Shown piece after piece: positions 60,392 through 64,000 of a stretch of DNA of 64,000 nt. Numbering within the stretch: position 1 is the stretch's first letter; every line of letters starts with the position of its first letter. The DNA is from Bradymonadia bacterium. GTDB lineage: Bacteria > Myxococcota_A > Bradymonadia > UBA7976 > UBA1532. The position numbers and the translations under genes were made by a program. The stretch is taken from contig JBKAGE010000043.1 in NCBI GenBank assembly GCA_046290225.1, forward strand, positions 1 to 64,000, in the 5' to 3' direction. The notes under the pieces were generated by a model that made no database searches, had not been told where the DNA came from, and saw only the letters and a program-made list of their open reading frames with translations.

Positions 60392-63300
60392 AGCGGACCC
60401 TCTCCCACTCGACCCGTAAGTCGGGGCTCTGGTCTGTGATCCAGGGCCTCATCCTCCTCAGCCTGATGGCGACGCCGTCGCTGGCCCAGAAGAAGCCCAA
60501 AGCGGGCGACGCCCTGGAGACCAACGAGAAGGCGGCGAAGAACACCATCAAGCCCGAGGACAACGTCGACTCCTTGCCCGTGGCAGAAGACGAGGCCAAG
60601 GCCAAGCAGATCGCCAAGAAGGAGAAGAAGCTCTCCAAGGTGCGTCAGCGGCAGATCAAGCAGATGCGGGATATTCTGCGTAAGAACCCGCTCTACAAGA
60701 AGAAAGCCGATCTGCTGTTCCGCATCGCCGAGAAAGAGTGGGACGAGGCCAAGTACCGCTACTTCCTGGAACGCCGGAAGTACGAGAAGCAGATGGAGGC
60801 CTTCTTCAACGAGACCCTGAAGAAGCGCCCCGAAGAGCCCGAGCCCGACTACAGCAAGGCCATCGTCGAGTACAAGAAGCTCCTCAAGGAGTTCCCGAAC
60901 TACAAGCGCCTCGACGAGGTCATGTACTACCTCGGCCGCGGCCTGCTCACCGCAGGGAAGAAGAAGGAAGGCGCCAGCTACATGCTGCGTCTCACCAAGG
61001 ACTTCCCCAACAGCAAGTTCGTGACCCCCGCCTACCTGCAGGTGGCGGAGTACTACTTCGACAACGACCTGCTCTTCGCTGCCAAGACCAACTACCTGAA
61101 GGTGGCCGAGAACAAGAAGGCCAGCGAGTACCCCTACGCCCTCTACAAGCTGGGCTACGTGTACTTCAACCTCAAGGAGTTCCGGGAGTCCATCAACGCC
61201 TTCAAGGGGGTGGTGAAGCTCTCCACCGGCAAGGACAAGCGCAAGATCTACTTCACCAACCAGGCCTTCGACGGCTTGTGCATGAACTACGCCGAGGTGG
61301 ACGAGGGCTGGAAGGAAGCCCGGGACTACTTCAAGGGCATCGGTGACAAGCAGCTCGTGACCGAGCGCCTCGAGAAGATCGCTCGCCTGTACAACAAGCA
61401 GGACAAGATCTCCGACGAGATCGCCGTCTACGAGTACCTCATCGGGTCGGAGAAGCAGGGCAAGAAGGTGCCGGAGTACGCCGAGTACATCACCGCCGCC
61501 TTCAAGAAGCTCGAGAACATCGACGACATCGACAAGACCATCAACCGGTTCCTGGGCACCTTCGATCCCAAGTCGAGCTGGTACGTCACCAACAAAGAGA
61601 ACGACGAGGCCATGACCCGGGCCAACCAGTACCGCGAGGGCGAGCTGGTCTGGATCACCGACTGGTATCACACCAAGGCCCAGGAGAACGAAGAGAAGCT
61701 CAAGAACCCCGAACTCGCGGACAAGTACTACCGCAAGGCCACGGGGTACTACGAGAAGTACCTCAACGAGTTCCCCGACGCGAAGGATGTGTACGAGCGC
61801 GAGTTCTTCCTCGCCGAGATCTACTTCTACCAGACCAACGACTGGGACAAGGCCATCGACCACTACACCAAGGTGGTCAAGAAGGATGCCAAGGGGAAGT
61901 ACTCCATCGACGCCGCCTACGCTGTCATCCTCGCCGCCGAGGAGAAGATGGCTGCCGCCGGTTTGATCCCCCCTCCGGGCCACGCCAAGGACGCCAAGGT
62001 CTCCAAGAAGAAGAAGAAGACCCAGGGCGCCGAGATCGAGTACACCAAGCGCGGCAACGACAAAGAGTTCAAGCCGATCCCCAAGACCGAGCTGCACGAG
62101 ACCGAGACGGCCTTCGTGAAGGCGTGCGAGAACTACGTCGACACCTATCCCAAGGATAAAGAGGTGCCGGCCGTCTCGTTCCGCGCTGCGGAGATCTACA
62201 TCAAGAAGGGGCACTACTCCGAGGGCGTCAAGCGCCTCGAAGTCATCATGGAGTACCACCCCAAGCACCGCTTCGCCGGCTTCGCCGCCGCCACGCTCTT
62301 CGACTCCAACTACCGCCTGCGTCGTTGGGACCAGATGGAGCGCTGGGCCCGGTACATGCTCGACCGCAAGAACTACAAGGTGCTCAAGAAGAAGCAGCTG
62401 CTCGACGTCATCGCCGTGTCGATCAACGAGTACGCTCAGCAGCTTTCGAAGGAAGGCCAGAAGGACAAGGCCGTCACCGAGATGCTCCGCTTCGTCAACG
62501 AGTTCCCCAAGCACGAGAAGGCCGCCATCGCCCTCTTCAACGCCGCAGCGCTCACCGAGCAGGCCGAGAAGACCGAGCAGGCCGTGGGCCTCTACGAGCG
62601 TCTGATCAAGAAGTACCCCAAGACCACCCAGTCCACCGAGGCCCACTTCGTGCTCGGCGCCCTCTACGAGAGCCAGACCGAGTTCAAGAAGGCCGCGGAG
62701 TACTTCGAGAAGATGGCCTCGTTCCCCATCGACGGCGACGACGAGAACGCCGCCATCGCCAAGGCCAAGATGTCCGACTCGCTCTACAACGCTGGCGCCA
62801 TCCGCGCTGCGCTGCAGGAGTACCCCCAGGCGGTGAGCGCCCTGAGCAAGTTCGTCGCCAAGTTCCCCGAGAAGGAAGAGACCCCCGACGTCTACCTCGA
62901 GATCGCGCGTCTTTACGAAGAGCAGGGTGATCTCAAGAACGCCGAGAAGACCTACAACACCTTCTTGAAGAAGTTCACCAAGAGCCGTGCCGACAAGGTG
63001 CCCGATCTCTACGTGCGCCGGGCCAAGCTGGCTCAGAAGAAGGGTGGCAAGCGCGCCCGCCGCGACACCGGCCGTCTGCTCGACCAGGCCCTCAAGGCCT
63101 ACAAGCGGCTGCCCGACGACGCCAAGACCAAGCCCGAGGTGCGCCACGCCGCTGCTGAAGCCCGCTTCATGCAGGTGGAGTACACCTACGCCGACTTCAA
63201 CGGCGTCAAGCTCGAGTTCCCTGTCTCCAAGCTCCGCCGCGCCCTGGTCAAGAAGGGTAAGCTGCTCAACGAGTGCGAGAAGGGCTACCTCGAGGTGCTC

Positions 63301-63885
63301 GAGCTCAGCGACCACCAGGTGAGTGCCGGTGCGGTGTACCGCATCGGTGAGATGTACCAGGAGTTCGCGCAGTCCATGAAGGATCTGCCCGTGCCCGACG
63401 GCCTCAGCGATGATGAGCTGTTCACCTACGAGGCCATGCTCGACGAGACGATCCAGCCTCTGGAAGAGAAGGGCATCGAGGCCGCCCGTCGCGCCTTGAA
63501 CCTCGCTCACCAGAACAACGTCTACAACGAGTGGTCCCGGAAGTCCTCGAAGCTGCTGGTGCGGTTGAGCCCCGAGCTCTTCCCCGTGCTCGGCGACAAC
63601 GTGAACGACACCACGCACCCCGTGGCAGCGACCTTCTCCACGAGCTTCATCACCGATCCTGCTGGCAAGCTGGAGCAGATGATCGAGAAGAAGGCCCCGG
63701 CACCGGCCCCCAAGGCCACCCCCGCCGATGGTGCTGCGCCTGCTGATGGTGCCGCCCCCGCTGGCAAAGAGGGTGACAAGAAGGCTGCGCCCACTGCCGA
63801 GCCTGCTGCCGAGAAGGCCCCTGCCAAGACCACTGACAACGGCACCGAGACCAAGGGTCAGGTTGCCGCCAAGGAGGGCAAGTGA
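60388..63885 (+). CDS. gltD: Gliding-motility TPR protein GltD/AgmU-like
   Basis: ATG overlaps the gltC stop (ATGA); signal peptide; ~1165 aa of TPRs (ADLLFRIAE, FPNYKRLDEVMYYLG, YALYKLG, ALFNAA); C-terminal AVYRIGEMY..FA...P.P.L...Y...L.E...PLEEK...VYNEWS. Confidence 0.8.
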   Translation: MKRTLSHSTRKSGLWSVIQGLILLSLMATPSLAQKKPKAGDALETNEKAAKNTIKPEDNVDSLPVAEDEAKAKQIAKKEKKLSKVRQRQIKQMRDILRKNPLYKKKADLLFRIAEKEWDEAKYRYFLERRKYEKQMEAFFNETLKKRPEEPEPDYSKAIVEYKKLLKEFPNYKRLDEVMYYLGRGLLTAGKKKEGASYMLRLTKDFPNSKFVTPAYLQVAEYYFDNDLLFAAKTNYLKVAENKKASEYPYALYKLGYVYFNLKEFRESINAFKGVVKLSTGKDKRKIYFTNQAFDGLCMNYAEVDEGWKEARDYFKGIGDKQLVTERLEKIARLYNKQDKISDEIAVYEYLIGSEKQGKKVPEYAEYITAAFKKLENIDDIDKTINRFLGTFDPKSSWYVTNKENDEAMTRANQYREGELVWITDWYHTKAQENEEKLKNPELADKYYRKATGYYEKYLNEFPDAKDVYEREFFLAEIYFYQTNDWDKAIDHYTKVVKKDAKGKYSIDAAYAVILAAEEKMAAAGLIPPPGHAKDAKVSKKKKKTQGAEIEYTKRGNDKEFKPIPKTELHETETAFVKACENYVDTYPKDKEVPAVSFRAAEIYIKKGHYSEGVKRLEVIMEYHPKHRFAGFAAATLFDSNYRLRRWDQMERWARYMLDRKNYKVLKKKQLLDVIAVSINEYAQQLSKEGQKDKAVTEMLRFVNEFPKHEKAAIALFNAAALTEQAEKTEQAVGLYERLIKKYPKTTQSTEAHFVLGALYESQTEFKKAAEYFEKMASFPIDGDDENAAIAKAKMSDSLYNAGAIRAALQEYPQAVSALSKFVAKFPEKEETPDVYLEIARLYEEQGDLKNAEKTYNTFLKKFTKSRADKVPDLYVRRAKLAQKKGGKRARRDTGRLLDQALKAYKRLPDDAKTKPEVRHAAAEARFMQVEYTYADFNGVKLEFPVSKLRRALVKKGKLLNECEKGYLEVLELSDHQVSAGAVYRIGEMYQEFAQSMKDLPVPDGLSDDELFTYEAMLDETIQPLEEKGIEAARRALNLAHQNNVYNEWSRKSSKLLVRLSPELFPVLGDNVNDTTHPVAATFSTSFITDPAGKLEQMIEKKAPAPAPKATPADGAAPADGAAPAGKEGDKKAAPTAEPAAEKAPAKTTDNGTETKGQVAAKEGK

Positions 63886-64000
63886 TGATCATCCGTACCT
63901 TCAAGTATGCGGTCCTCCTCGGCGTCGGTACCGCAGCGCTCTCCGCGTGTGGCGGCGGTGGCAATGGCAAGATCAAGAAAGATCCTGTCAAGCAGGTGGT
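63885..64000 (+). CDS. 5' end of a lipoprotein, probably GltE/AglT-like (truncated by window)
   Basis: Not in the ORF track: AAGGAGG then ATG overlapping the gltD stop; MIIRTFKYAVLLGVGTAALSACGGGG (lipobox LSAC). Identity inferred from position only. Confidence 0.6.
   Translation, partial: MIIRTFKYAVLLGVGTAALSACGGGGNGKIKKDPVKQV

Noticed and set aside
60352..63618. 1088-aa antisense ORF (also 56165..57721, 46410..47975, 53836..55077, 31911..33455)
   Set aside because: Shadow frames opposite well-supported genes with extreme codon bias; V/L/G/E-rich composition and no motifs.

Overview
GC-rich bacterial chromosomal window, densely coding, with no rRNA, tRNA, CRISPR array or mobile element visible. 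Gene content points to Myxococcota or a relative (inference): TIGR02266-type PilZ, PEGA, Ser/Thr kinase, giant TPR and many lipoproteins. The left half carries housekeeping and envelope genes: heme o synthase, a HEAT/RDD/rsmE/prmA/M16-like operon, a 2833-aa AgmK/GltI-like TPR protein, metallopeptidase lipoproteins, a UshA-like tetraheme cytochrome, a kinase-waaA-SRPBCC-PEGA-sigma4-lptF-like run and a TPR-transglutaminase. The right ~18 kb is the most interesting part. A compact gliding-motility-like operon (CglB-like vWA lipoprotein, one OM beta-barrel, GltC-, GltD- and the start of a GltE-like gene) sits head-to-head with four acidic lipoproteins. These are built from about 16 choice-of-anchor-D/ASH Ig repeats, tipped with YfaP-like or vWA domains, and are a candidate undescribed surface-adhesin module. 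A small GTAG-tagged repeat/hairpin array lies at 16.5 kb. All family assignments are by motif recognition only; no database search was run.
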